A program made the translations under genes and the position numbers. A DNA stretch of 64,000 bases, taken from positions 11,878 to 75,877 of the forward strand of contig WRHL01000001.1 in assembly GCA_009783245.1 (NCBI GenBank). Reading direction: 5' to 3'. The notes beneath the pieces are model-generated. The model had not been told where the DNA came from. It searched no databases and was given only the letters and a program-made list of their open reading frames with translations. This document shows, piece after piece, positions 1 to 7,298 of this stretch. Position 1 is the first letter of the stretch. The number at the start of each line of letters is the position of its first letter. Origin of the DNA: Coriobacteriia bacterium. Lineage in GTDB: Bacteria > Actinomycetota > Coriobacteriia > Coriobacteriales > UBA8131.

Positions 1-1
1 G

Positions 2-2854
2 AAACTGTGCGCTCCCTTTGCGGTATTTGTTCTGATCATCACTCTGGCGCTATCCGCCACAGGAATCCAACCAAAGGCCTACGCCGACAATGTGCCCAGC
101 CCGTACACGGCAACGCTGCGGTACTACGACGACATCCAGATCACCTACACCCTCACCTATCCCACGGGCGGCATCTGGAACGGGGCCGGTGATATCCCCA
201 TTGGCGGTACGGGGGCCTCAAGCCAGATCTATTGCGTCGACCCTTTCATCCACTTCCACTCCGTGGCGACCACCAGCTGGGATACGTCGAAAAACGCGAC
301 GCTTGACATCATGGGCGGCTATGTGGCGGCCGCGCCGTGGGCCACTTCCGCCACCATGCAGAAGAATAGCGACGCGATACGTTGGCTTCTGTACAACGGC
401 TACCGGGGCGACTATCTGGCGAACAACCAGGAGAGCATCGACAGTGTCACCCGCCTGAACGCCCTGTATCCCGGGGTGCCGGGAACCATCGACAAGCGGA
501 TCGCCCTGATGGCCACCAAGGTCGCCATCTGGAAGACGTTGGTGGGCGACGACGTTGTCATCCTGCGCACCAGCCTCACCACCGCCCAGCAGGCGACCTT
601 TGATGCCTTGGTCAACGCGATGGTCGCCGATGCTCTGGACTTCCAGGACAATATCGGCGGCAGCCTGGGAGAAACCGAACTTATCGTTACAATACAAGAA
701 AGCGGCTTCCCATATGTCAACACCGTTGGCACCTATGAGTACTACGGCCCCATGACCGTCACGGCCGACCTGCTGAACTCGCCCAGCGGCGACATCACCA
801 CGCTGCTGGATGGGGTGTTCCTGAGCGTCAGCGGGCCCAACTCGGGCGGAGTGGAACTGGTGGACTCCACCTACACCCCCTTGCCAACAGACACGCTCTA
901 TGGGACCGCCATAACCAACGCCTACCTGGAAAACGCGGACTTCTCCCTGGTGGGCGCTGACTGGACCAGCCAGGAATTCTACCTGGCAGTCCCTGTGGGC
1001 CGTCAACCACCGGACGCGGACCACCTGACCATCCAGGCGCGGGCAAAAGCCGCCGCTGTACCGCTGGCGGCGGGAACGCCCATGACCTTCATCTATGACA
1101 ATGGCGGCATCCAGGATTGGGAATATGTCCAGGCCTATGCCGGAGTCGCTGAAGACGGCATGGCGGCCGACCTCTATGGGGAGGCCAGGAGCGGTAATGG
1201 TGACCTGGGTACGGTTGAGGTCATGAAGTACGTGGAGAACGCCACGCCCTTTGACGAGGACAGCCAGTTTGTGTTCAGCTTGTACCACAGCGACATAGAT
1301 ACCCTTGACGCGGATGCCGATATAGTGGACCTGCGCGACTACGTGGTCTCCTCTGCCTTTGCCGTCAGCGCCGACGGTCAGACCTTCACACTGAAGAACG
1401 GTGGCAGGGCGATCATCGACGGCCTGCCCCAGGACGGTTACTACTGGGTCGAGGAGGTCTTCTCGCCGCTGGAGTACAACACCACCTATATCGAGATCCT
1501 CAACGCGGCTGTCATCCCCCCGCTGGCAACCGCCCGGCTCACGGACCCCTTTGAGATGGATGATGATTTCGCCCTGGTGCGGTTCACCAATTCCAAGAGT
1601 GAGAACAAGGCCTACCTCTTTGTAAGTAAAAGGGCCTTTGCTGATGTGAGCGGCACTCCACAGCCCGTCCAGAACACCCCCTATTACTTCTTCCTTGAGG
1701 GCTCTGATGACGGTGGGGTCACCTGGGCACCCGTCGATCTCACCGGTGTCTTCAAAAGCGATGACGGAATCGTACTCTCTGCGGTTGACGGCAACTTCTC
1801 CCTAGAGACCCATGACATGGCCTTCATCGAGGTCGAACCCAACCTGCTGTACCGCATCATCGAGACCGACCCCGGCGCCAACTATACCGCCATGTATCTC
1901 TACGAACACGCGGAGCCTGACGCCGGCGGCTGGATCCATAACACGGATTCCCACGTAGGCGCCGACTGGTATTATCCAGCTGTGCCCGCCTATATCACCG
2001 AGGAGTTCGCCGCAGTTGAGGGTGGTTATTACTGGATAACCGTTGCCAACCTGCGCGCCCTGACGGAGAACCTCACCCTGAGCAAGACCCTGGCGGGCCC
2101 AGTCACAGATGACGATAAGGACCAGCTCTTCCGCTTTGAGGTCTTCATCATGGACAATGACTTCAGCATCCCCCCTGGCTTGTCCATCCCCGTGTCTGTT
2201 GACCCCGCGCCCGACACGTTCCATGTCAGCGGTATCACCCAGGATCGCATTGTGAACAACGCGGCGGGTATACCTTCGATCATCCTGCTCAAACACGGAG
2301 AGAGCGCCACAATCGAGGCCCTTCCCTCAGGCTCCTATAAGGTCTGCGAGACGCTGGACACCAAGTTCACCACCACCTATGCCGTTGCTGGCGGCGCACT
2401 TGCGCCGGTTTCAGCCAGCGGTGAGACCGCGGACTTTGACGTGTATGCAGACACCACGGTGGCCTTTGTCAACACGCTGAAGACGGGGCCTGGTCCCCAG
2501 GATGATGATGATGATGACGGTGGTGGCGGTGGCGGAGATGACGGCAACGGTGGCGGTGGCGGTGGCGGAGATGATGACAACGGCGGCGGCGGCGGCAATG
2601 GCGACAACGGCGGCGGCGGCGGCAATGGCGACAACGGCGGCGGCGGCGATGGCAACGGCAACGGCGGCGGCGGCGGGACTACCACAGGAAGCGGAAGCGG
2701 AACAGGCACGGGAGACGGGAACAGCACTGCCCCAAGAACCGGCGATGCTCTGGTTCCCATAATCCTCATTGCGGTTCTGCTTGTCCTTGGCACAGCCTTG
2801 GCGGCGCTGTATTCCACACGCAGCCGCTTCACACGACACCCAAGAAGGCACTGA
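2..2854 (+). CDS. Sortase-type anchored cell-surface protein, 5'-partial (signal peptide cut by window edge): thioester-domain-like head, SpaA/Cna-B-like Ig-fold modules, Asp/Gly-rich stalk
   Basis: The frame of listed ORF 92..2854 stays open back to nt 2 and reads KLCAPFAVFVLIITLALSATGIQPKAYA/DNVPS (hydrophobic core plus AxA site), so the true start is at or left of the window edge. Other marks: IYCVD (Cys codon 233-235) and TKVAIW (515-532) motifs; GYYWVEEVFSPLEY and GSYKVCETLD strings typical of SpaA/Cna-B folds; a D/G/N stalk at about 2500-2690; and a C-terminal APRTGD plus 24-aa hydrophobic helix plus RSRFTRHPRRH. Confidence 0.75.
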   Translation, partial: KLCAPFAVFVLIITLALSATGIQPKAYADNVPSPYTATLRYYDDIQITYTLTYPTGGIWNGAGDIPIGGTGASSQIYCVDPFIHFHSVATTSWDTSKNATLDIMGGYVAAAPWATSATMQKNSDAIRWLLYNGYRGDYLANNQESIDSVTRLNALYPGVPGTIDKRIALMATKVAIWKTLVGDDVVILRTSLTTAQQATFDALVNAMVADALDFQDNIGGSLGETELIVTIQESGFPYVNTVGTYEYYGPMTVTADLLNSPSGDITTLLDGVFLSVSGPNSGGVELVDSTYTPLPTDTLYGTAITNAYLENADFSLVGADWTSQEFYLAVPVGRQPPDADHLTIQARAKAAAVPLAAGTPMTFIYDNGGIQDWEYVQAYAGVAEDGMAADLYGEARSGNGDLGTVEVMKYVENATPFDEDSQFVFSLYHSDIDTLDADADIVDLRDYVVSSAFAVSADGQTFTLKNGGRAIIDGLPQDGYYWVEEVFSPLEYNTTYIEILNAAVIPPLATARLTDPFEMDDDFALVRFTNSKSENKAYLFVSKRAFADVSGTPQPVQNTPYYFFLEGSDDGGVTWAPVDLTGVFKSDDGIVLSAVDGNFSLETHDMAFIEVEPNLLYRIIETDPGANYTAMYLYEHAEPDAGGWIHNTDSHVGADWYYPAVPAYITEEFAAVEGGYYWITVANLRALTENLTLSKTLAGPVTDDDKDQLFRFEVFIMDNDFSIPPGLSIPVSVDPAPDTFHVSGITQDRIVNNAAGIPSIILLKHGESATIEALPSGSYKVCETLDTKFTTTYAVAGGALAPVSASGETADFDVYADTTVAFVNTLKTGPGPQDDDDDDGGGGGGDDGNGGGGGGGDDDNGGGGGNGDNGGGGGNGDNGGGGDGNGNGGGGGTTTGSGSGTGTGDGNSTAPRTGDALVPIILIAVLLVLGTALAALYSTRSRFTRHPRRH

Positions 2855-2860
2855 ACTGAA

Positions 2861-2884
2861 GCAGGCCCTCCAAAGAGGGCCTGC
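2861..2884. terminator. GC-rich hairpin between convergent surface-protein and rubrerythrin genes
   Basis: gcaggccctc-caaa-gagggcctgc forms a perfect 10-bp stem with a 4-nt loop, 7 nt after the stop at 2852-2854. No clear U-run on either side. Confidence 0.35.
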
Positions 2885-2904
2885 CAGCATTCTATAGCTC
2901 TATC

Positions 2905-2958
2905 GCACTCAGTAGTTCAAATACGCTCAATAGTTCTATTGCACTCAGTAGTTCTCAG
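2905..2958. repeat. Imperfect ~18-bp tandem repeat (3 units) overlapping the rubrerythrin stop region
   Basis: gcactcagtagttc occurs at 2905-2918 and 2941-2954, with a degenerate copy gctcaatagttc at 2925-2936. The last unit encodes the C-terminal ...SENY-stop of rubrerythrin on the minus strand. Confidence 0.7.
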
Positions 2959-3502
2959 AGCGCAGCTCGAAGTATGCCTGCGAATGCACACAGACGGGAC
3001 AGGCCGGTGGGGCTTCCTCGCCAAAATGGATATGGCCACAGTTCAGGCACTTCCACGCATAGACCTTGTCCTTCTTGAAGACCTCACCTTTCTCAAGGCG
3101 CTCGATGAGCTTGAGATAACGCTCCTCGTGCTCCTTCTCAATGGCGGCAACGCCGTCAAAAAGGAAGGCGATCTCCTCAAAGCCCTCTTCGCGCGCATCC
3201 TTGGCGAAACCAGCATACATCTGGGTCCACTCGAAGTTCTCCCCGCCAGCCGCGGCAGCCAGGTTGTCGATGGTGGCAGGCACGGCGCCGCGGGCATCGC
3301 CGTCGCTGCTCAGGATCTTGAACCACAGCTTGGCATGTTCGCGCTCATTGCCACTGGTCTCCGCAAAGATGGCGCCGATCTGCTGATACCCTTCCTTGCA
3401 GGCCTGAGCGGAGAAATAGGCGTACTTGTTGGTGGCCTGGGACTCGCCGGCAAACGCCTCCTCCAGGTTGGCCTTGGTCTTTGATGTCGCAAAATCCGTC
3501 AT
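2945..3502 (-). CDS. rbr: Rubrerythrin
   Basis: 185 aa. Ferritin-like diiron half with ExxH pairs (NEREH, IEKEH) plus a C-terminal rubredoxin-like CLNC...CPVC. Confidence 0.9.
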   Translation of the reverse strand: MTDFATSKTKANLEEAFAGESQATNKYAYFSAQACKEGYQQIGAIFAETSGNEREHAKLWFKILSSDGDARGAVPATIDNLAAAAGGENFEWTQMYAGFAKDAREEGFEEIAFLFDGVAAIEKEHEERYLKLIERLEKGEVFKKDKVYAWKCLNCGHIHFGEEAPPACPVCVHSQAYFELRSENY

Positions 3503-3703
3503 GATAATTTCCCTTCCCTTCTGTTTTGGGGTCTATCGACTTGCTGTTGCCGTCGATTTTCTCGTCATATAAATGCAGAGCCATTCTAACGTAAAACCCC
3601 GTCGCGCGTGGCTTGCAGTATGTGCTAAAACGTCAGACGGCCTCCTATGCAGGAGTATAATAGGCTAGCTGAGCGTTTGCAGATATGAAGGAGGAGGGAA
3701 GCA

Positions 3704-4432
3704 TTGGGTAGGCTTGATGACTGGGATGATTTTGCGGAGTTGGATTTTGAACGAGAAGAACGCTGCGGTTTCCCGGAAGTAGTCTTTGGGGCAGGCAAGA
3801 CACCTGAGCAGGTCGCGTCCATCATGAAGGCGCTCGCCGCGCAACATGACCGCGTGCTCTGCACCCGCGCCTCCAAGGAGCAGGCAGACGCCGTGTTCAA
3901 AGCGCTGTCTTCTGCCCGGTATATCTCATCCTGCAGCATGCTGTTTGTGGACAGTCGCAAACGGGGAGCCCAGACAGCTGGTGACACCGTGAGCGAGATC
4001 CTGGCTAACCCCGGTGGAATGGGCAAGGTCATTGTCTGCTGCGCGGGGACCAGCGACCTGGCAGTTGCCCAGGAGGCTGCCCTGACGGCGCACTTGATGG
4101 GTTCCAGGGTAAGCCTGTTGACCGACGTAGGCGTTGCGGGAGTGCACCGTGTGCTTGCTCACGAAGGCGAACTGCATGAGGCTCGCGCCATCATAGCCGT
4201 TGCCGGCATGGAGGGGGCGCTCCCTTCGCTGGTCGCCGGCCTGGTGGATGTGCCGGTGATAGCCGTGCCGACCTCGGTGGGTTACGGGGCGAGTTTTGGG
4301 GGCATTGCCGCCCTGCTGGGCATGCTCAACTCCTGCGCAGGCGGGGTCAGCGTGGTGAACATCGACAACGGCTTTGGCGCCGGCGTGGTTGCCCACCGCA
4401 TCAATGTGCCTCCCGTGAGATTTGAAACTTGA
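3704..4432 (+). CDS. larB: LarB-type nickel-pincer cofactor biosynthesis protein (PurE/AIR-carboxylase-like carboxylase-hydrolase)
   Basis: 242 aa. N-terminal DFEREERCGFPEVVFGAGKTPEQV followed by a PurE-like fold (VIVCCAGTSDLAVAQEA, AGMEGALPSLVAG). TTG start preceded by GAAGGAGGAGGG. Confidence 0.8.
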   Translation: MGRLDDWDDFAELDFEREERCGFPEVVFGAGKTPEQVASIMKALAAQHDRVLCTRASKEQADAVFKALSSARYISSCSMLFVDSRKRGAQTAGDTVSEILANPGGMGKVIVCCAGTSDLAVAQEAALTAHLMGSRVSLLTDVGVAGVHRVLAHEGELHEARAIIAVAGMEGALPSLVAGLVDVPVIAVPTSVGYGASFGGIAALLGMLNSCAGGVSVVNIDNGFGAGVVAHRINVPPVRFET

Positions 4433-4444
4433 GAAAGGCGCATC

Positions 4445-5659
4445 ATGATCCTCCATTTTGACTTCTCAACCGGGGCGGCCGGAGACAAGATACTCGGCTC
4501 GCTTATCGAGGTCAGCGAAAGCCTGGGGCTTGCCAGCTTTGAGGACGTGCAGGAAGTTGGCTCCGCACTGGTACCCAAGGTGGCGATAACGCGTAGTTCC
4601 CTCAAGCAAGGCGGCATCCAGGCGACAGGAATCACCGTGGATGAGGACTCCCCCAGCCACCGCCATTGGAGCGACATCCGCGCACAGATCACAGAGGCTG
4701 GTGAGCGCGGTGTTCTGTCTGAGCGTGCCCTGCAGCTCTCACTGGACGCTTTTGGGGCGATAGCCGTTGCCGAAGCACAGGCGCATGGCGTGGACATAGA
4801 AGAGGTGCACTTCCACGAGATAGGCGCTGCTGACACCATCATCGACATCTGCTGCAACTGCTTTCTGCTGGACAGGCTGGACCCCGAGGCTGTCTATGCC
4901 ACACCGTTGGCCCTGGGCTCTGGGACCTTTGTCTGCTCGCACGGCGAACTACCGGTGCCGCCACCTGCCACCGTCTTGCTCATCGAAGGACTGCCCGCCT
5001 ATGCTGGCAGTCATCAAGGCGAACTCACAACTCCCACAGGGGCCACCCTCGCCCGCACCTTTGTCACCAACTGGGAGCAGCTTCCTTGTATGAAGCCCCA
5101 GGCCGTGGGTTATGGCGCCGGCACCCGCACTATACCGGGGGCGGCCAACGTGGTGCGGGCCATCATGGGTGAGCGCGTCAGCCTTGCGGGACTCATGCCC
5201 AGTATGGACTGTGTTTTGGAGGGTTGTACGCTGCTTGAGTCGAATATCGACCACCTCAGCCCTGAGGCCCTGGCATTCGCCTGTGAGCAGCTACTCGCCT
5301 TTGGCGCCCTTGACGTGTGGCTCGATCCCATCGCCATGAAGAAGGGCCGCATGGCCGTGCGGTTGAATGCGCTTGCGTACGCGCATGAGACCCAGCACAC
5401 CGCAGAGAAGATCATAGCGCTCACCGGCTCCCTTGGCGTACGCAGCCACTACGTGGAGAGGACCTGTGTTCCTCGTGAGATCATTACCAAAGAGACGGGG
5501 TTTGGAGAGGTCCGCTACAAGGCCGCCTTTGTCAGCACGCCGGAAGGCAGCGTCAAACTGCAACGTCCCGAGTATGAGGACGTTGCCCGCATAGCCCGTG
5601 AGCAGGGCCTTGACTTCAACCGGCTGTATGAAGAGCTTTGCGAAGAGCTCGGTGAATAG
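4445..5659 (+). CDS. larC: LarC-type nickel insertion protein (DUF111 family)
   Basis: 404 aa. MILHFDFSTGAAGDKILGSL N-terminus and an HFHEIGAADTIIDI motif. One uninterrupted ORF 12 nt after larB. Confidence 0.8.
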   Translation: MILHFDFSTGAAGDKILGSLIEVSESLGLASFEDVQEVGSALVPKVAITRSSLKQGGIQATGITVDEDSPSHRHWSDIRAQITEAGERGVLSERALQLSLDAFGAIAVAEAQAHGVDIEEVHFHEIGAADTIIDICCNCFLLDRLDPEAVYATPLALGSGTFVCSHGELPVPPPATVLLIEGLPAYAGSHQGELTTPTGATLARTFVTNWEQLPCMKPQAVGYGAGTRTIPGAANVVRAIMGERVSLAGLMPSMDCVLEGCTLLESNIDHLSPEALAFACEQLLAFGALDVWLDPIAMKKGRMAVRLNALAYAHETQHTAEKIIALTGSLGVRSHYVERTCVPREIITKETGFGEVRYKAAFVSTPEGSVKLQRPEYEDVARIAREQGLDFNRLYEELCEELGE

Positions 5660-5695
5660 TCAGATCGTGTTCATAGAGAGCGCACGCTCTGCCTC

Positions 5696-5749
5696 TTGAC
5701 TCTCAGTAACAAGTGTATTATTGTATTAAGTGCTTAATACAGTAGTACA
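5696..5749 (+). promoter_or_regulatory. Promoter (-35 TTGACT 5696-5701, candidate -10 TATTGT 5719-5724) overlapped by a 36-bp near-perfect palindromic operator (5714-5749), copy A
   Basis: tgtattattgtattaagtgcttaatacagtagtaca is self-complementary except at symmetric Y/R positions, with a perfect core GTATTAAG-tg-CTTAATAC. The same block with the same spacing to cttgactct recurs at 33573-33626, upstream of a GntR gene. Confidence 0.6.
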
Positions 5750-5787
5750 GATTAGCACAGAGCTGGAGCGAGAGGAACGTGTTTATC

Positions 5788-6183
5788 ATGCAAAAGAAAC
5801 GAAAGAGGATTATTCTTGGCATTATCGGACTGGCCATTGCCATTGCCCTCTGCTTTGGGGGCAAATATCTCTATGATGTTGCGCAATATCAAAAAGAGGT
5901 CGCCCAGATGGAGATCAAGACCCCGGACATCTCCCTGATCGCAGACGGCACCTACCATGGTTTCTACGATGTCGATTTGATCTCCGCCGAGGTCAGCGTT
6001 GTGGTCAAAGATCACAGGATTGCCGACATTACCATCATCGAGCACAAGACCGGCAGGGGAAGGCCCGCGGAGGTCATCATCGACGCAGTTGTCGCCCAGC
6101 AATCCCTGCAGGTCGACACCATCTCTGGGGCGACGAACAGCAGCAAGGTCATCCTCAAGGCGATTGAACTCGCCCTGAGCTAG
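5788..6183 (+). CDS. Membrane-anchored FMN-binding domain protein (predicted ApbE substrate)
   Basis: N-terminal KKRKR plus a TM helix (IILGIIGLAIAIALCFGG). FMN_bind-type motif D-T-I-S-G-A-T at 6115-6135. I prefer ATG 5788 (GAGAGGAA upstream) over the listed GTG 5779. Confidence 0.75.
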   Translation: MQKKRKRIILGIIGLAIAIALCFGGKYLYDVAQYQKEVAQMEIKTPDISLIADGTYHGFYDVDLISAEVSVVVKDHRIADITIIEHKTGRGRPAEVIIDAVVAQQSLQVDTISGATNSSKVILKAIELALS

Positions 6184-6184
6184 T

Positions 6185-7159
6185 ATGGGCAAGACGGCCA
6201 TGACTGAAACGGCGTTTGAAGCACAGGATTCTTTGATGAACACCACCGTGGAGCAGAGGCTCTTTGGCCCTGCTGCTCAGGCTGCCTACCAGTCTTCGCT
6301 TGAGTCGCTCCGGGCGCTTGAGAGCCTGCTGAGCTTCTACCAAAAGGCCAGTGAGGTCAGCCTTATCAACCGCAACGCGGGCAAGGCGCCCGTAAGGGTG
6401 AGTCGCGAAACCATGCAGGTACTGGAGGAAGCACAAAGGATCGCGGCCTTATCCAGAGGCGCCTTCAGCATCATGCTGGCCCCTCTTATCCAGCTCTGGA
6501 GAAAGGCGGGCATCAGCGATGTGCTGCCCACACCACGTGAGATCGACAGGGCTAAGGCGCTCTGCAAGCGCGAGAACCTGATCCTGGATGCGGCAGGATA
6601 CACCGCCTTCCTCACCCAGAAGGGCAGCCTGCTGGACCTGGGGGGAATCGCGAAGGGCTTTGCCGCTGACAGCTGCTGCGAGCTCTATAACGATAAGGGC
6701 GTGACTTCTGCTTTCATCAACCTGGGTGGGAACGTGAAAACGCTGGGAAGCCGTCCTGATGGCACGTCCTGGACCGTGGGCCTGCAACACCCGGACAGAC
6801 CCAGGGGCAACTGCTTTGCCGCGCTTGAGTGCTCGAACCACAGTGTTGTGTCCGCCGGAGCGTATGAGCGCTACAAGGACATCCAGGGGGCGCGATACCA
6901 CCACATCTTAGACGGTAGGACGGGAATGCCGGCGGAGTCTGGGCTGAAGAGCGTCACAGTGACCGCTGCGAGCTCCCTTCAGGCGGATGCCCTGTCCACG
7001 GCGGCCTTTGTGCTGGGCCTGGAAGAGGGGATCGAACTCATCTATCGCTCAGAGGCCACCGGCGCCGTGTTCATGACAGCCGCTGACAAGGTATACGTCA
7101 CAAAAGGGATCAGACCGCAGCTGAAGCTCTTTGAACCCCTCCCCTGCTATCAGGTTTAG
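6185..7159 (+). CDS. apbE: FAD:protein FMN transferase (ApbE family)
   Basis: 324 aa with GGIAKGFAAD and HHILDGRTGMP motifs. Starts 2 nt after the FMN-binding gene stop. Confidence 0.85.
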   Translation: MGKTAMTETAFEAQDSLMNTTVEQRLFGPAAQAAYQSSLESLRALESLLSFYQKASEVSLINRNAGKAPVRVSRETMQVLEEAQRIAALSRGAFSIMLAPLIQLWRKAGISDVLPTPREIDRAKALCKRENLILDAAGYTAFLTQKGSLLDLGGIAKGFAADSCCELYNDKGVTSAFINLGGNVKTLGSRPDGTSWTVGLQHPDRPRGNCFAALECSNHSVVSAGAYERYKDIQGARYHHILDGRTGMPAESGLKSVTVTAASSLQADALSTAAFVLGLEEGIELIYRSEATGAVFMTAADKVYVTKGIRPQLKLFEPLPCYQV

Positions 7160-7161
7160 AC

Positions 7162-7292
7162 GGGACGGTGTGACAAAGGGGACTGCCTGACAAAGGGGAC
7201 GGTCTGTTTTGTGACAAAGGGGACGGTCTGTTTTGTCATATTGCTAAAAAGCAATATGACAAAACAGACCGTCCCCTTTGTCACACCGTCCC
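7162..7292. repeat. GACAAAGGGGACGG-family palindromic intergenic element (locus R1)
   Basis: Fills the whole apbE/gatB convergent spacer. It has 2.5 direct copies of tgacaaaggggac(ggtctgtttt), then a perfect 34-bp-stem hairpin 7211-7244/7251-7284 (loop taaaaa). The outer arm gggacggtgtgacaaaggggac (7162-7183) is complementary to 7271-7292. Confidence 0.9.
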
Positions 7293-7298
7293 TCCGCT

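Noticed and set aside
2377-2890. ORFs 2377-2832, 2411-2890 and 2502-2762 in the GGC/GAT-rich tract
   Set aside because: These are frame and strand shadows of the Asp/Gly-rich stalk of the surface protein (poly-Pro, poly-Ala and poly-Met translations).
7162-7292. Repeat clusters (also 35775-35986, 44267-44371, 48390-48535, 58537-58633) as IS elements or prophage att sites
   Set aside because: No transposase or integrase ORF lies inside or beside any copy. The elements are 27-210 bp and fully palindromic. I treat them as REP/MITE-like repeats.
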